Positions 61,193 through 64,000 of a stretch of 64,000 nt of DNA are shown in pieces. Where the stretch lies: NCBI RefSeq assembly GCF_037042905.1, contig NC_087251.1, positions 28,150,001-28,214,000 on the forward strand, given 5' to 3'. Position numbers and translations under genes: made by a program. The notes beneath the pieces are model-generated. The model saw only the letters and a program-made list of their open reading frames with translations. It was not told where the DNA came from and did not search any database. The stretch comes from Lytechinus pictus (Eukaryota). Every line of letters starts with the position of its first letter. Position 1 is the first letter of the stretch.

Positions 61193-61806
61193 GTTGTCAC
61201 ATTTAGAATGTTTGAGTATACATGTATGAAGAGCATTCTTTTGCAGTGGACTTTTTACTCGATTATTCTACCTGAATTTAGATGAAAAAAGATTTTCGAA
61301 ACAATAAAAAAAAATTCGCCTTCCCCACAATATGAGCATCCCTTATGATTTCACATTTCATTGAAGAAACATTTCTCTTTCTTTCTACTCTAGATGATGC
61401 CCCACCTCTTCACACACCTGGATGCAGATAGCTTTGACTACAGCAGAGTCTATGCGGGCAGTCCGTCAGTGACCAACCGATGCCGCCAGACACTGGCCCA
61501 ATTTTTTCCCTACTGGTGGACCACTAAAATAAAGAAATACATAGAAAATTCAGTGTCACAAAATATACAACAAAAAAATTCACATGATACTATATCTTAA
61601 ACCTTGAATCAACCAATAGATAATACTCCTGAGCAGGATTTCTCAATTTTCTTGCTTGAATTTATCAGCCTCAACATATAAGGATAAACGTCTCTGTGCA
61701 TGGGTGCTGCCATTTAATTTTGCTTACGACTTATAGCTCCTACTCCGCAGCAATTCGAGGAGTCTAAAGAAAAAAAAAAACATAGCCGCGCCCATGCATC
61801 AACCAG

Positions 61807-62076
61807 GTTTCTGTCTTACAAAGAGTTACGATTGATCCGATCAGTCGTATCTTATGGAAATCCATCAGTGTCATAATTTTTTTACATGAAAAATTTGCAC
61901 AATGTCCTTTGTATGCAAAGAGAAGCGCAGTGAATTTTCAAGAAAACAATGAATGCATGAATATACATCATAGCTAGAAAATATTTTGAACAAAAATGCA
62001 TAATAGATGTTGATGTTGCTGGCCGTCCATAGTTGCGATTGATCGGATCAATCATAACTCTTTGTAAGACGGGGCC
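61807..62076. mobile_element. Harbinger/Tourist-like MITE with CAG TSD
   Basis: cag|...gtcttacaaagagttacgattgatccgatca ... tgatcggatcaatcataactctttgtaagacggggcc|cag; nested in the insertion that splits the last PDCD2 exon. Confidence 0.78.
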
Positions 62077-62340
62077 CAGGACTATAACATCATTGGCCGA
62101 TAAATTCAAGCAAGGAACTTGAGAAATCCTACTCGGTAGTATTATTTCCATAGCTCTACTTGGTTGATTCCAGATTTGAAATATATTATAATGGGAAAAT
62201 TTTGATATATGAGGAAATTTAGATCTGAAAGTGGTTGAAAGTCTTTTGGTGACACTGAATTTTTTGTATTTCATTATTTTGTTCAACATCCTGGGCCATC
62301 ACCCGTCAAAAAAAAAATGTAATGACTCGGCCCAAGTACG

Positions 62341-62509
62341 CCTTGATTTGGGAACTTTGCTGATCTTCACCTGCCCAAAATGCTGCACTGAAAGAGAACC
62401 ATACCATCCAGAATTCATATGGAAGCAAGACTCACAACTCATCCATCTCATGATGTCCAGTTCTCTTCAGACCATAGTTATGAACAGCCTCGGAAGACAA
62501 CCAAAGTAG
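62341..62509 (+). pseudogene. PDCD2: PDCD2 pseudogene C-terminal fragment
   Basis: LDLGTLLIFTCPKCCTEREPYHPEFIWKQD matches the PDCD2_C terminal motif (DWG.L..FTC..SC....Y..EF.WKQD); the conserved W is replaced by L. Confidence 0.85.
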
Positions 62510-63147
62510 GTTATAGGCTAACTTCAGTGCAAACTCTGTATAAATGGGTCATTTAGACCATCAAAATTTGTTGCATTATGTTAATGAGAAAATAAGAAAA
62601 ATCATAACAATACACATACGGAATTTAGACCCATTCAGACAAGATTTGTTGCATTATGTTTATCAGAAAATCAATACTTAAAAAATTAAGGAATTCATCA
62701 GAAGCAGAGTTTACCTTACAAATCCGTTTGTAAAGTTATGTATAACTTTACAAATGGCTGTAATTGTAGATTTTAAATATGGAGCTAACATTCATAATTG
62801 ATTATTTCTATGGGCAAAGATTTTTTTTTTGCACAATTGAGTCAAATTCTTGGGCATGTGATCATCCTTTAGTAGTGATAAAAAGAAATTCCAGGTGTTT
62901 GTAAAATTGTCGCTAACCCATCTCAATATACACAAGTGGGAATTTTTACAATCAGTATACTTTCGAAAAATGGCCTTCTGTATAAAAAAAATCATAGAGA
63001 AATGAGTATACTCGAATCTATGATGGCAAGCTTATGGGTACTGTTAAAGTAACTTGCAAGAGGTAAAAATAAAATATTGAAATACATGTTTAGTTGTCAA
63101 AATTGATCATATCTGGAATTTTAGGGCCAACATACTGTCTCCTTTTG

Positions 63148-63680
63148 TTTTTGTCTCGCCTGCATAGCATAGCGAGGCTCTAGGCGCCGCTTTTGCGGTG
63201 GCGGCGGCGTCGTCAATGAAATCTTAACCAAGGTTAAGCTTTTGAAATGTCATCATAACTTATAAAGTATATGAACCTAGTTCATGAAACTTGGACATAA
63301 GGATGATAGTGTATCACTGAACATCCTGTGTGAGTTTCAGGTCACATGACCAAAATCAAAGGTCATTTAGGGTAAAAGAACTTTGGCCATTTTTGGGGTA
63401 ATTGTTGAATTGGCATCATAACTTTGAAAGTTTGTGGATCTGGTTCATGAAACATAGACATAAGGGTAATCAACTATTAATGATTGTTTTGCACCTGTCT
63501 TAGGTCACATGATCATGGTCAAAGGTCATGTTGGGTCAATCGACATAGTATTTTATTATCTTATTATCATATTAGTGTTTTCTTTTGTGAATAATTATTT
63601 AATAGCTGCGTTAAAAGTTAGCACTGCTGCTATATCGAATCGCGTAATGCAGGCGAGACTGCCAGAGGCATTCCACTTGT
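63148..63680 (+). mobile_element. Helentron-associated element, shorter copy
   Basis: Same termini as 39481-40368 with fewer internal repeat units. Confidence 0.82.
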
Positions 63681-64000
63681 TTTCCAAATTGTGCCTTAGC
63701 ATCTTTATCACAAGCAGTCATCTCGCATTGTGTTACCAATCAGAATTGATTATTGAAATGAAATTGTTTAAAAACTGAAAACCCCAAAAAGCTACAGATA
63801 ATTTGGGTTTTTGTGACCTTTGACCCAAATGGGGTGCCGATTCTGTTAAAATCTCTGACTTCAGTGTTTTTACTCATAGTTAGTGTTGTTTTATTGATGT
63901 AGTGTATATGTCTTCAAGAACACTTGTATAACCTAGAATGTTCACTTTGCCCACTCATGACATATTAAATTTGTAGTTCATATATTTTATTTCCATGTGA

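Larger units (their letters stand above)
49483..62509 (+). pseudogene. PDCD2: Unprocessed PDCD2 (programmed cell death 2, zf-MYND + PDCD2_C) pseudogene
   Basis: Collinear remnants of PDCD2 motifs: FP/SKGGGKPAWL (about 49555-49591, frameshifted); CFYRTL..VFCC and LRCQL..RNDFYNY (49730-49911); MYND remnants KLCAV (52878) and LLDWK (53482); exon 58996-59297 DNKFPFPDVELVTETE...FKKRISHDPDQ with in-frame TAG at 59145; frameshifted exon 60410-60500; last exon MMPHLFTHL (61394) split by an insertion from LDLGTLLIFTCPKCC...EFIWKQD (62342 onward). Confidence 0.85.

Overview
AT-rich, repeat-dense animal genomic DNA. The repeat families and gene style suggest an echinoderm such as a sea urchin, but that is an inference. 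The main feature is a plus-strand ALK/LTK-family receptor tyrosine kinase gene. I traced 25 GT-AG coding exons by hand from 9148 to the stop at 43364. They splice in one frame (4490 nt) and encode LDLa-MAM-LDLa-MAM, a Gly-rich/TNF-like region, a reduced EGF-like segment, TM, kinase and a long tail. Its 5' exon(s) with the signal peptide were not found and probably lie left of the window. At 1-5213 on the minus strand is a spliced Myb/SANT-like (MSANTD/Harbinger-type) gene that runs off the left edge and is probably nested antisense in an ALK intron. At about 49483-62509 on the plus strand is an intron-containing, disrupted PDCD2 pseudogene. Introns and intergenic DNA hold many non-autonomous elements, most with identifiable TIRs and TSDs (Kolobok-, P-, Academ-, Sola2-, hAT-, Harbinger-, piggyBac- and Helentron-like), plus SINE and LINE fragments. 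The most notable unannotated items are a 216-bp inverted repeat in a (TA)n tract that carries two minimal hammerhead-ribozyme-like motifs (Penelope-like), an ALK EGF-like module reduced to two cysteines, a truncated tandem duplicate of an ALK exon, and a P-like element with perfect 31-bp TIRs around promoter-like sequence. All coordinates were counted by eye and no searches were run.
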